Below the pieces are notes generated by a model. That model was given only the letters and a program-made list of their open reading frames with translations. It was not told the DNA's origin and searched no databases. Source: an uncultured Thermoplasmata archaeon (GTDB lineage: Archaea > Thermoplasmatota > Thermoplasmata > Halarchaeoplasmatales > Halarchaeoplasmataceae). From it: 64,000 bases of DNA. A program made the position numbers and the translations under genes. Shown piece after piece: positions 22,040 through 31,741 of this stretch. The stretch is from NCBI GenBank assembly GCA_964433785.1, contig CAYSTL010000002.1, forward strand, positions 2,193-66,192, written 5' to 3'. Position 1 is the stretch's first letter. Every line of letters begins with the position of its first letter.

Positions 22040-23682
22040 GAAACATAAGATATAGTATCCATCTCTCTTTCTAAAATACTTATTTCCTTATCTTCTAAAG
22101 CGTTCGGATTCACTATCACTAAAAATATACTCTTTGTTTCTGATACTATATCCACCATGTGTCGTATAAATTTTAAAGAAGCCTCAAAATTTACATTACT
22201 TATCAGATATTCAAGACCATCCAATAATATCACTGAATCCTCTTTACTCTTCTTCTCTAAAAGCCAACTCAATCTCTCAAGATTGGGTGAGATCGTTTCG
22301 AATTTCTCACTTTCTTTATCTGTCAACCATTTTACTTCTGATTCTTTCAATTCAAACTCATCTTTAATCCTTCCAGGATTCAATCTTGATATCACTAAGC
22401 GCTCATTATCATTATCAATTTTATTTAACAATTCAAACACGTTTTCAACGCTTTCACCCTTGATCAGATAACTTCGTCCTTCGAGAACATCTAACTTCAA
22501 TTCTTCGTGCTCAATCTCCTTATCGATATACTGTTCCAATGTCTTCTTAACATTGTTTAGGGTAACTTCTTCATCGAGTAGATCTGAATAAGCAGACACT
22601 CTTGTTAAAGCTCCTTCTATGAAGTTCACATTTTTTTTGATATTTTCGGCTATAAAATCTAATACTTCTGGAGATGTTTCGAAATCAAATTGTTCGGATT
22701 TCTCTTTGATTATCTGTCTCCTAGTCTCATATGTAGGGGGTAAAATATCGACCACCAATCCTGATTTAAATCTAGAAGCCAATCTCTCCTCTATCTCGGT
22801 TATATTTTCAGGAGGTCGATCACTGGAGATTACTATCTGTCCATTTTTGCTTTGGATCTCATTAAATATATGAAATAATGAATGTTGAACATCTAATCTC
22901 TCAGCGATATATTGTATATCATCCAACAGTAAAGTATCACATCCGATATACTTCTCCTCAAATTTCTTTGAGTCATCGCCTTCTAAGTATTTATCAAAAT
23001 TAGAGATCAACTTGGAAGTCTCTACGTACTTAATTTTTCTACTTTGGAACTGTTTTGATAATGCCCTGCCGATAGCCTTCATAAGATGAGTCTTTCCCAA
23101 ACCTGATTCCGCTTTAATCAATAAAGGATTATAACTTTTTTCAGGATTTTTTGAAACCGCTAGAGCTGCAGCGTAAGCAAATCTATTGTTTGGCCCAACT
23201 ACGAATTTGTCAAAACTGTATCTACTCGGAAATTTATCCTCGATTTTTTCTGATATCTTAGAAGATCTACGAGGACTTATCTCCCCATCCATGATCTTTA
23301 TAGCGATATCTACTTGCTTATCTTGTCCAATTTTATACTCGCTGGTCTCTTCTTCTCCAGCTATCTTCCCATCCATTTCTGAAATAATTTTATCTATATC
23401 CACTTTAGTGTATACCTGTATCTTCAATCCGGCTTTATGTTCCAAGCTTTGAATTCTTTGTAATGACTCTAAACCTCTTAATCTCTCCGAAGGTGTTTCA
23501 AGCTGGGAAACAATAGGTATTCCTTTTTTAATTACAATAAGGCCTTTGTACTGATCAGATATTTCAATTCTTACATATCCAGTAAAAGAGTGATTCTTCA
23601 ATTTAGTCAATAAAGACTGGAGTTTCCCAGTTCCTTCGATCTCCTGTATTTTAAATCCTTTAGATATATTATTCAACGACAA
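22036..23682 (-). CDS. DnaA-like AAA+ ATPase fused to a C-terminal DUF835-like domain and an unknown N-terminal domain; not a canonical replication initiator
   Basis: Residues ~150-390 contain 'YSFDKFVVGPNNRFAYAAALAVSKNPEKSYNPLLIKAESGLGKTHLMKAIG' (DnaA box: FDNFVxGxxNxxAxAAAxxVAExPGxAYNPLFIYGGVGLGKTHL). They also contain 'LLLDDIQYIAER' and 'SSDRPPENITEIEERLASRFKSGLVVDILPP' (DnaA sensor/box VII region: SDRPP...RLxSRFxxGLxxDIxPP). The DnaA domain IV DNA-binding HTH is absent. The C-terminus 'GRSYLIKGE...LVISRLNPGRIKDE...VKWLT...ISPNLERLS...SVILLDGLEYLI...NFEASLKFIRHMVDIV...IFLVIVNPNALEDKE' matches what I recall of archaeal DUF835. Confidence 0.7.
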   Translation of the reverse strand: MSLNNISKGFKIQEIEGTGKLQSLLTKLKNHSFTGYVRIEISDQYKGLIVIKKGIPIVSQLETPSERLRGLESLQRIQSLEHKAGLKIQVYTKVDIDKIISEMDGKIAGEEETSEYKIGQDKQVDIAIKIMDGEISPRRSSKISEKIEDKFPSRYSFDKFVVGPNNRFAYAAALAVSKNPEKSYNPLLIKAESGLGKTHLMKAIGRALSKQFQSRKIKYVETSKLISNFDKYLEGDDSKKFEEKYIGCDTLLLDDIQYIAERLDVQHSLFHIFNEIQSKNGQIVISSDRPPENITEIEERLASRFKSGLVVDILPPTYETRRQIIKEKSEQFDFETSPEVLDFIAENIKKNVNFIEGALTRVSAYSDLLDEEVTLNNVKKTLEQYIDKEIEHEELKLDVLEGRSYLIKGESVENVFELLNKIDNDNERLVISRLNPGRIKDEFELKESEVKWLTDKESEKFETISPNLERLSWLLEKKSKEDSVILLDGLEYLISNVNFEASLKFIRHMVDIVSETKSIFLVIVNPNALEDKEISILEREMDTISYVS

Positions 23683-23766
23683 GGTAATACATAATTTGTC
23701 ATCATGATAAATATATTTTCGCTAAAAAAGCAAAAAAACTTATAATTTTGAAGAGATTGATAATTT

Positions 23767-24375
23767 ATGAAGAGTTTATTCACTCGATGTCCTTCCTGCG
23801 GAGCACATTTTTATAAAAATTTAAAGGAAGGAGAAAACACCTCAGATGTAGACGTTATTTGTCCCTACTGTAATTACAGATATATCGATTCGCTGCACGA
23901 GAACAGGGTCAAAGAACATGATTTTTACTGGGAGATATATTCCGGTCTATATCCTACATTGAAAATAAACAATAATAAAAAATCTAGACTGATAGTAGCG
24001 GGCATCTTATTATTTTTGACCATCCCGTTTTTCGTATACGGCTTTTCACAGATATTCATTCCAAATTCTTTAATAGAATTATCGGGGGCCGAATTAAACA
24101 GCATATATGGAGTGTGGTTGGCTGGAATAATTTTTCTGTCGTTCGTCGTGGGGGGTACGATAAGCGCGATAAAACGTTATTCCTTTGTATTATCTCTCTC
24201 TGGAATAATCTTCGCCATCTTAAGTTCGATTCTCTGGTTTTATATGTACCAATACTTAGAAATCGATCTATTGGGTAATCTTTCCCAGCTCCTTATGTTT
24301 ATACCTCAGATACTCTCGATGATCTCACTAGTATTGATAATAAAGAACAGAGAATCATTCAAACTTGGTTACTGA
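23767..24375 (+). CDS. Zinc-ribbon membrane protein, hypothetical
   Basis: N-terminal 'CPSCG...CPYC' zinc ribbon followed by about four TM helices. 202 aa. Confidence 0.5.
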   Translation: MKSLFTRCPSCGAHFYKNLKEGENTSDVDVICPYCNYRYIDSLHENRVKEHDFYWEIYSGLYPTLKINNNKKSRLIVAGILLFLTIPFFVYGFSQIFIPNSLIELSGAELNSIYGVWLAGIIFLSFVVGGTISAIKRYSFVLSLSGIIFAILSSILWFYMYQYLEIDLLGNLSQLLMFIPQILSMISLVLIIKNRESFKLGY

Positions 24376-25383
24376 TCAATGTATGTAAATGAACTGGTAG
24401 CCCATGTAAAGGAAATAACCCAATAACATGAGAGCTCCTTCTATTCTTGATATTCTTTTACCGGTGTACATGAAGATCGTCAAGATTATACTCACTATTA
24501 TCATGATGAACATACTGGATATTATGTCTGGAGAGAAGTCTAATGGGAAAAATGTTGCACATATCCCAAGCACCATCAGGATATTGAAAGTATTTGAGCC
24601 TATCACATTTCCTAACGATATGTCAGATTCTTCTTTATAAGCAGCCATAGACGAAGCGGCTAATTCAGGTAACGAAGTGGCTAAAGCTATGATTGTTAGG
24701 CCTACTATACCTTCTTTCAACCCGAATGTGTTCATGTAAAATATTGCACCATCGATCATCAGTTCTGCGCCAAGTCCGATACCTATCAAACCAAATACGA
24801 TCTTTGCAACATTGATTTTAGCGTTGTATCCTTCTCCTTTAGCATATTCTTCTTCCTTTATCTCTTCTTCGATCTCCATCTCTTCCTGGATTATCTCTTT
24901 GTCACCTTCAAAATAAGCGATATATAGAAAAAATCCGACATAACCTATGAAGGCTATCAACAATATTGCACCTTCCCAACGATGGATGACGTAATCGTGT
25001 GATAATATTTGGGAGACAAAAAGAACCAGAAGAGCCATGGCACCGAACATTATAGGGATCTCTCTTTTTATTATGTTCCTATCTACACTTATCGGTTTGA
25101 TGAGCGAGCTGGCACCTAATACCAGTAAAATGTTCGCGATGTTAGAACCGATCACGTTTCCAACTGATATCCCCTGCTTCCCTTTGATTATGGCGTTAAG
25201 ACTTCCTGCCAATTCAGGTAAAGATGTTCCGAATGAAACTAAGGTCAATCCTATAACGATCGCTGGTACCCCTAGATAGGCTGCTGTCTTACCCCCGCCC
25301 TCGACCAAAAAATCAGCACCTTTCACCAATATTATAACTCCTACAATCAGTGCCGCAGTCCAACCTATCAATTGTAAAACCAT
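24376..25383 (-). CDS. Ca2+/Na+ (cation) antiporter, CaCA family (YrbG/NCKX-like)
   Basis: Two alpha-repeat motifs 'GTSLPEL' and 'ATSLPEL' with 'GNVIGSN' in both halves of a 10-TM protein. 335 aa. Confidence 0.8.
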   Translation of the reverse strand: MVLQLIGWTAALIVGVIILVKGADFLVEGGGKTAAYLGVPAIVIGLTLVSFGTSLPELAGSLNAIIKGKQGISVGNVIGSNIANILLVLGASSLIKPISVDRNIIKREIPIMFGAMALLVLFVSQILSHDYVIHRWEGAILLIAFIGYVGFFLYIAYFEGDKEIIQEEMEIEEEIKEEEYAKGEGYNAKINVAKIVFGLIGIGLGAELMIDGAIFYMNTFGLKEGIVGLTIIALATSLPELAASSMAAYKEESDISLGNVIGSNTFNILMVLGICATFFPLDFSPDIISSMFIMIIVSIILTIFMYTGKRISRIEGALMLLGYFLYMGYQFIYIH

Positions 25384-25456
25384 GGTGGGTCATTTTATTA
25401 TAGTATAAAAAAGTTTTAGTAATGAATATTCAGATAATATATTCGGAAGCATTATT

Positions 25457-26632
25457 ATGAAAAAACACGAATATAACGAGGATATCGTACTAGTTGGAGT
25501 TGATTATCTAGGAGACGAAAGCCTAGAATCAGAACTCTCCAATCTTATCAATGATTATGATCCTGGATTCGTGGGTTTTACTTTATGTGAAAAAAGATTT
25601 GAATCTTTGGAGGAAGAAGAAAAGTGGAAAAATAAACCCTTATTGCCCTCCTATAAAGAAGGAAAAACGGGTACTCTGATCTATCAAGCATTTATGGATG
25701 CCGTAAGAGAAAACCTCAGACGTTTTAAAGGTCTCAAACCTGAAAGTCATATCGCTAATCTAGTACCATTAGCTGATTCGCTTAATGTAGATGTAGAATT
25801 TTTAGATAGAGATATCACTCTCACACTGAGTCGAGCCTTCAGAAATATGTCTCCCATTGAAAAGTTGAAGATGATCTGGTACTTTAGATCCACGATGTTG
25901 ACATTCTCAGAAAAGAAAAAATCAGAATCCGTTCGTGATATCGAAAAGCACGATGATTTGATAGATGGGGTTCTGGATGCTGTAAAAAATTTTGCCCCTA
26001 AAGTCGCTGAAATCGCTAAGAAAGAAAGGATAGAATATATCAGCAGAAAGATATTTAAAGTGTCAAAGAGAGACAAGATATTAGCCATCGTTCCGGAGAG
26101 TAAGATCAGTGAAGTCAAGAGTGAGCTTGATGAAATAAGTAAGGAAGAAGAAAAAAGAGGAAGAGTAAAAGGTATCATTCATCTGGAAAAGATCAGTAAA
26201 AAGGTGTATACTACCCTCTTGAGGTTCGCATCTCCTATATTTTTCATCAGTCTAGCTATTTACCTATTTTTATTTTCAGATGTATTGAATATATGGAGAG
26301 CTTGGCTTTATTGGTTCATAGCAGTCGGAGGTATGGCTGCATTAGGTGCTCTCCTTGGTAGAGGCCATCCTCTATCGATTATCACTTCATTTATCTTAGC
26401 CCCTTTTATGTCTTTGACTCTCATAGGGCCCGGTTGGATCGCGGGTTATGTGGAGTTAAAACTAAGAAATCCTAAATTAAAAGATCTCAGTGAATTGACT
26501 GCCTCAAAATCAACAAGAGATTTTCTGACAAATGATATCATAAGGGTGTTCTTAGTGGGAACGTTCTCCAATGTATTCACTTGGATCGGATTATTCATAG
26601 TATTACCACTGCTCATTTCGATACTTGGTTAG
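25457..26632 (+). CDS. TraB/PrgY/GumN-family-like protein with a C-terminal membrane domain (divergent)
   Basis: N-terminal 'IVLVGVDYLGDES...DPGFVGFTLCEKRFESL' parallels the TraB 'hLvGTAHVS...PDxVaVELcxxR' core, but the His is replaced. The C-terminal ~130 aa carry 3-4 TM helices. Confidence 0.4.
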   Translation: MKKHEYNEDIVLVGVDYLGDESLESELSNLINDYDPGFVGFTLCEKRFESLEEEEKWKNKPLLPSYKEGKTGTLIYQAFMDAVRENLRRFKGLKPESHIANLVPLADSLNVDVEFLDRDITLTLSRAFRNMSPIEKLKMIWYFRSTMLTFSEKKKSESVRDIEKHDDLIDGVLDAVKNFAPKVAEIAKKERIEYISRKIFKVSKRDKILAIVPESKISEVKSELDEISKEEEKRGRVKGIIHLEKISKKVYTTLLRFASPIFFISLAIYLFLFSDVLNIWRAWLYWFIAVGGMAALGALLGRGHPLSIITSFILAPFMSLTLIGPGWIAGYVELKLRNPKLKDLSELTASKSTRDFLTNDIIRVFLVGTFSNVFTWIGLFIVLPLLISILG

Positions 26633-26678
26633 GCAGAAAAATATATAATACAAATAATGTTCATTATGATAGGCTAAG

Positions 26679-27536
26679 ATGAAAATTAAAGACTTCTTTA
26701 AACGATTCGTTGAAGGTCTCTTGATGGGGGCCGCTAATATAATCCCGGGTGTTTCTGGAGGTACTATAGCTTTAATTATAGGGATCTATGATAAATTGAT
26801 ACATGCTATAAATCAGATCCCGAAAGATCTTCCTTTACCTCTTTTTAAAGGTGATGTTGATGGTTTTAAATCTAAGCTGAACGATATCGATTTTCCATTT
26901 CTTGTACCTTTGGCAGTAGGTGCGCTTGTATCTGTTGTTAGCATAGCTAGAGGATTAGATTTCGTGATGAATGTATATCCAGCAATAACGTTTGCATTCT
27001 TTTTTGGATTGATACTTGCATCGGTAGCAGTTATATACAAATATATTGAAAACATCAACCCATATTCTATCATATCGGCTCTTATTGGTTTTGTATTCGT
27101 TTTCTATATTTTAGGTATTGAAAGTATAGAATTCAATCATGGACCTCTTACAATATTTCTTTCAGGGATGGTAGCGATAGTTTCTATGATATTACCAGGC
27201 ATATCTGGGTCTTACATATTATTGATACTGCATCAATATGAATTTATGGTCGAAGCTTTATATTCCTTCAATATTTCAGTATTGATACTCTTTTCTCTAG
27301 GTGCGTTGATCGGTATATTCGGTTTTGCTAAAATTTTAGATCATCTCTTACAAAAATATCCTTCAGTATCCATGGCATTCTTATTTGGGCTGATGCTAGG
27401 TGCTCTAAGAGTGCCGTTAGTTAAATCTATGAATAACGCGAGTAACATTTATGAAATAATAATACCAGCCATAGTGGGAGCTGTTTTTGTTGGTATATTA
27501 GAGTACAAATATGTAATACAGGAAAAATTGAGTTAA
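26679..27536 (+). CDS. DUF368-family membrane protein (putative polyprenyl-phosphate transporter)
   Basis: Duplicated 'PGVSGGT/PGISGS' motifs in an 8-TM protein match DUF368 (PGxSRSG repeat). 285 aa. Confidence 0.65.
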   Translation: MKIKDFFKRFVEGLLMGAANIIPGVSGGTIALIIGIYDKLIHAINQIPKDLPLPLFKGDVDGFKSKLNDIDFPFLVPLAVGALVSVVSIARGLDFVMNVYPAITFAFFFGLILASVAVIYKYIENINPYSIISALIGFVFVFYILGIESIEFNHGPLTIFLSGMVAIVSMILPGISGSYILLILHQYEFMVEALYSFNISVLILFSLGALIGIFGFAKILDHLLQKYPSVSMAFLFGLMLGALRVPLVKSMNNASNIYEIIIPAIVGAVFVGILEYKYVIQEKLS

Positions 27537-28192
27537 ATCCGTTTAAATCCTCTTTTTATCCAGCCACCTAAAGCTCGTCTGATGTAGAAAAAAGTCTGTC
27601 TATAAGTTCTGTCCTCTCCACCAACACCAGTATCATATTTTTTGATATCCCTGATCAGGTCTTCCCAGCTATCTGCATTCTCAACGATAGTATAGGTCTT
27701 ACCGACACTTTTCAATCTGTGAGCATCACTACCCCCTACCATAGGCAGATCCATCTCCTTAGCTAATTCCTGAGAACGTTTATTTTTATAATGCCATGTC
27801 CTGCCGTTCATGCCTTCCATAGCATCCCAATTATTACCTCGGATCACATCTTCACCCATGCCCGACCAAAATCGGTACGGGTGTACAGCAACCGCTATCG
27901 CATCATGCTCATGTATGATTTCTATCGCTTCTTTTACAGTTTCTGGCCTACCGATCTCCTCTCTTAATCCGATGGCACCAACGTGACCCTGCTCCGTGCT
28001 TACCTCTATTCCTGGTACTAGTACCAATTCAGTCTCGATATCTTTTATCTTGTTATATCCTTCAATAGAATTATGGTCGAGTAAAGCTATTCCATCAAGC
28101 CCTCTCTTCTCAGCAATCCTTACTATCTCTTCAGGATCGACCTTGGAATCGCCTGAATACTTGGAATGGATGTGAAGGTCAAACTTCATCAA
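27533..28192 (-). CDS. PHP-domain metal-dependent phosphoesterase
   Basis: 'DLHIHSKYSGDS', 'HVGAIG', 'VHPYRF' and 'GGSDAHR' give the full complement of PHP metal-ligand motifs. The start overlaps the upstream gene by 4 nt. Confidence 0.75.
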   Translation of the reverse strand: MMKFDLHIHSKYSGDSKVDPEEIVRIAEKRGLDGIALLDHNSIEGYNKIKDIETELVLVPGIEVSTEQGHVGAIGLREEIGRPETVKEAIEIIHEHDAIAVAVHPYRFWSGMGEDVIRGNNWDAMEGMNGRTWHYKNKRSQELAKEMDLPMVGGSDAHRLKSVGKTYTIVENADSWEDLIRDIKKYDTGVGGEDRTYRQTFFYIRRALGGWIKRGFKRI

Positions 28193-28758
28193 TTTTCACC
28201 TTTGACATATTCTTTTATTCTTCTAGCTAAGTCGTCGTTCTTATTCTTTAATAACTCATTTACTTTCTTTTTAATTTTTTTTCTTTGTTCCTCATCAGAG
28301 ACAGGTATCCTGCTTGCATATACCATGGAATCTAGATACGGATTCTCTCTGGTTAGATATTCTTTCTCACCCCTTTCCGAAATGATTTCGGCGATTATCT
28401 TTTTAATTGTGTATCTACCGAACTCATCCTCACCTTCCTTTTCTGCGATATCAATTACTTCACAGAAATATGTTTTTGTCGCTTCTTTGGGATAATAATA
28501 ACCATCCTTTTCCAACATATTATCTGTAGATAGCTCGATTTTCTCCGGTTCATCATGGCCGGTCAACGATGCTCTGAAAAATAACTCCAAATCCCGTGTC
28601 AAAGAAAATGTAAATTTACTACCAATACTTAAATTTCTAGCAGTATCAGATGGAGAATATATATTCAATCGTAAAGTATCTTCTTTAACATCAGCACCTG
28701 CCGCTGACGCATTTATAAATTTATCTGAGGATAGTAAAATACCCTCATAGTATGTCAT
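28189..28758 (-). CDS. Hypothetical protein (189 aa), translationally coupled to the PHP phosphoesterase
   Basis: Clean ORF with a 4-nt ATGA overlap onto the downstream gene. No recognisable motifs. Lys-rich C-terminus. Confidence 0.45.
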   Translation of the reverse strand: MTYYEGILLSSDKFINASAAGADVKEDTLRLNIYSPSDTARNLSIGSKFTFSLTRDLELFFRASLTGHDEPEKIELSTDNMLEKDGYYYPKEATKTYFCEVIDIAEKEGEDEFGRYTIKKIIAEIISERGEKEYLTRENPYLDSMVYASRIPVSDEEQRKKIKKKVNELLKNKNDDLARRIKEYVKGEN

Positions 28759-28770
28759 GGTAGACCTCTT

Positions 28771-29202
28771 CTAAGCTACCTCCATACCGCCAACATTCTT
28801 CTTGTCTTCCTTCTGCTGTTCGGATAAGTTTACCTGAGGCAACGGGATAGGCGGGGGAAGTTGCAGGTCCTTAGCCAAGATGACAGCTTGAGGTATACAA
28901 TTACTTATGACCGTTGAATGAACCTGTTGAGCCACATCTTGAGGCATCTCATTATCCTTTTTCCATTTATTTGCTAGATTAGGATAGTTACCTTCGAAGA
29001 GTATCTTGCCCTCGATCTTGATCATACCCATATTTGAATAGTTGATATTGAATCTGAAGTTTAGTTCATTCTTATTGTTATCAATTTTTCTTATCCTGGT
29101 AACTGAACTGTTATGGTCCACTCTAAGGTTACCTCTCGCTTCTTCTTTTTCACCGTATCTCTCAGCATCAATAGATCTTATTTCAAAGTTCTTAATAGGC
29201 AT
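28771..29202 (-). CDS. Hypothetical protein (143 aa)
   Basis: First ORF of a three-gene minus-strand unit. No recognisable family. Pro-rich 'LQLPPPIPLPQ' segment. Confidence 0.4.
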   Translation of the reverse strand: MPIKNFEIRSIDAERYGEKEEARGNLRVDHNSSVTRIRKIDNNKNELNFRFNINYSNMGMIKIEGKILFEGNYPNLANKWKKDNEMPQDVAQQVHSTVISNCIPQAVILAKDLQLPPPIPLPQVNLSEQQKEDKKNVGGMEVA

Positions 29203-29333
29203 AAAGCGATATTAAAACTGGTTCTTTAATAATCTTTTGTTCAATCTACTATTTACATAAAAATAGGTCAATCTAAGCAAAATCTTTATAATCTCCCGGG
29301 ATAATTGTTAGAGGGCTAAATTATACATAAGTT

Positions 29334-29702
29334 GTGGTTAAAATGTCTCCCGCTAAATCAATTGAAGTGTTATTAGAGGATATCAAAGAAAATCCAGAAA
29401 TTAAAAATGTGACCCTTGTGTCTAGAAGTGGTATGCATATAGCTGGTGAGGTCCCTAAAAACTCTCACCGCGAAACATTCGTAGCTATGTCTGCTATATT
29501 ACTAGGATCAGCAGAAACTGCTACATCAGAATTAGAGGATGAATTATCATATGTTCTAGTTGAATTGAAGAACTCACGTATCTTGATATTAAATAGTGGT
29601 CCTTCAGCGATCTTAGTTGCCAAATTAGTAAGTGATAGCAATATAGAAGATATTATCGATTATCTTGAAGATCCAATAAAGGATATTCAGGATTCACTAT
29701 AA
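29334..29702 (+). CDS. Roadblock/LC7 (MglB-like) domain protein
   Basis: 122 aa. 'VTLVSRSGMHIAGEVP...ETFVAMSAILLGSAE...SYVLVELKNSRILIL' fits the Roadblock/LC7 alpha-beta fold pattern. The TAATG overlap couples it to the next gene. Confidence 0.65.
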   Translation: MVKMSPAKSIEVLLEDIKENPEIKNVTLVSRSGMHIAGEVPKNSHRETFVAMSAILLGSAETATSELEDELSYVLVELKNSRILILNSGPSAILVAKLVSDSNIEDIIDYLEDPIKDIQDSL

Positions 29703-31219
29703 TGACTGGAGGGGATATTATTAGCATGATTGGTTTTATTAATTGTAATGTCATCCCACTTGAAAGACGCTCCGAGATGTATCATGGTTTTACTGTAGAA
29801 AACGGTACGATCGGTAATATAGACGATTATGATAAGATCATGGAGGGTACGGATAAAAAAATAGATCTAGATGGTAATTATGTACTTCCAGGATTTATCG
29901 ATTCTCATACTCATCTTCTAGAAACTGGTCTAAAGATGGATAGAGTTGACCTGTCCCAATGTGAGACCTTCGAAGAAGTAAAATATTACTTAGAGAAAAA
30001 GATAGAAAAAACTGACGATGGTGAGTGGGTTATAGGTGCAGATTACGACGAATCCAGATGGAAGGATACTGATGTTCCAGATAAAGAAGATTTGGACGAA
30101 CTTAGTGAAGATCATCCCATCATAATCAAAAGAGTATGTGGACACAGTGCTGTTGCAAACTCTTTGGCTTTAGAAAAGATAGGAGAAGATAGGGAAGAGA
30201 TAGACTATGAGTCAGGCATGTTAAAAGAAGAACCTGTTTGGGAACTTGACGAAATAATATCTATCTCTAAGAAGGAGAAAAAGGAAGCAATAAAAAGAGG
30301 TATAGAAAAAGCACATTCGCTGGGCATCACATGTGTTCATGAAGTCGTAGGAAAGGATGCATGGGAAGCTTACAAAGAATTGGATGAAGCTGACGATCTG
30401 AATTTAAGATTTAGATGTTATATATATTACGACGAAGTTGAAGAGGACGGGCCAGTAGAGAGAAGTGATTTCTTATCATTGAATGGATTAAAAGTATTCT
30501 CAGATGGTTCAATAGGTGCTAGAACTGCAGCTTTAGAGGATGAATATGCTGATGATCCTGGTAATAATGGAATATTGATACATGACCAGGATGAGATGGA
30601 AGATATAATCAAAAAGGGCGAGGAAAAAGGATTTCAGATCATGGTCCACGCCATCGGTGATAAGGCGATATCTACAACGATCAATGCTTTTGAAGAGGCT
30701 TCTAACAGGACGAAGGAATTAAGGCATCGAATAGAACATGCAGAGATGCTTTGGGAAGAAAACATAAGAAGAGTAAGGGATCTTAACCTGATCTTATCGA
30801 TTCAGCCAAATTTTGCATATAAGTGGTCCAAATCAGGTGGGATGAACGAAACGAGATTGGGTAAAGATCGTCTCCAAAAATGTAATCCATATTGGGATAT
30901 TCAGAGATCTCTGGTCAAGATGACCTTCGGCTCGGATTGTATGCCTATGGATCCATTATTCGGTATTTATTCAGCAGTAAACCACCCTATCCTAGAACAA
31001 AGAATTTCGACATACAACGCTTTACAGAGTTACATAACCAACGGTGCCTATTCCACTCATGATGAAAACAAATTTGGTAAATTTAAGGAAGGCATGAATG
31101 CTGATTTCGTAGTTTTATCCGCCAACCCTCTTGAATCAGACAATATAAATGACATAGAAATTATCATGACCGTGGTGGATGGAGAGATAGTGTACGATGA
31201 TCGAGAATTAGAAATGTAA
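29702..31219 (+). CDS. Amidohydrolase-family metal-dependent hydrolase (YtcJ/amidohydrolase-3-like)
   Basis: 505 aa. N-terminal 'VLPGFIDSHTHL' metal-binding HxH motif and C-terminal 'GSD' region fit the amidohydrolase superfamily. Confidence 0.7.
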   Translation: MTGGDIISMIGFINCNVIPLERRSEMYHGFTVENGTIGNIDDYDKIMEGTDKKIDLDGNYVLPGFIDSHTHLLETGLKMDRVDLSQCETFEEVKYYLEKKIEKTDDGEWVIGADYDESRWKDTDVPDKEDLDELSEDHPIIIKRVCGHSAVANSLALEKIGEDREEIDYESGMLKEEPVWELDEIISISKKEKKEAIKRGIEKAHSLGITCVHEVVGKDAWEAYKELDEADDLNLRFRCYIYYDEVEEDGPVERSDFLSLNGLKVFSDGSIGARTAALEDEYADDPGNNGILIHDQDEMEDIIKKGEEKGFQIMVHAIGDKAISTTINAFEEASNRTKELRHRIEHAEMLWEENIRRVRDLNLILSIQPNFAYKWSKSGGMNETRLGKDRLQKCNPYWDIQRSLVKMTFGSDCMPMDPLFGIYSAVNHPILEQRISTYNALQSYITNGAYSTHDENKFGKFKEGMNADFVVLSANPLESDNINDIEIIMTVVDGEIVYDDRELEM

Positions 31220-31302
31220 ATTATTTTTTCCAATATATCATAATTTCTAACATCCGATTACCTTATATATCCCCTTTTTATTGAAAATACCGGTGTTAAA
31301 AA

Positions 31303-31683
31303 ATGCCTGAAATACCTGAAGAATTAAGATACACGGAAGATCACGAATGGGTGAAATTAACAGATGGTGAAGTACAATACGGTATCACCGATTACGCACA
31401 AGAAGAGCTTGGAGATATCGTATATATCGAACTTCCAGAAGTTGGAGAGGAAGTTGAAAAAGGTGACATGATCGGAGTTGTTGAATCTGTCAAAACAGTA
31501 TCAGATCTGTACGCTCCTATCTCTGGAACTATTAAAGAAGTGAATGATGCTCTTGAAGATTCACCTGAAACGATAAACGAAGATCCATACGGTGATGGTT
31601 GGATAGTAACCATCGAATACGAGGATAAATCAGAGTATGAAGGTTTGATGGATGCGGAAAAATTCAAACTTCATACCGAATAA
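31303..31683 (+). CDS. gcvH: Glycine cleavage system H protein
   Basis: 126 aa. Lipoyl-lysine motif 'VESVKTVSDLYAPISG' and 'YTEDHEWV' start are typical of GcvH. Confidence 0.9.
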   Translation: MPEIPEELRYTEDHEWVKLTDGEVQYGITDYAQEELGDIVYIELPEVGEEVEKGDMIGVVESVKTVSDLYAPISGTIKEVNDALEDSPETINEDPYGDGWIVTIEYEDKSEYEGLMDAEKFKLHTE

Positions 31684-31741
31684 AAACCATTTATTTTTCT
31701 CATTATATTAGAATCAAAAAAGAAAAGGGTTTTTGGATTTT

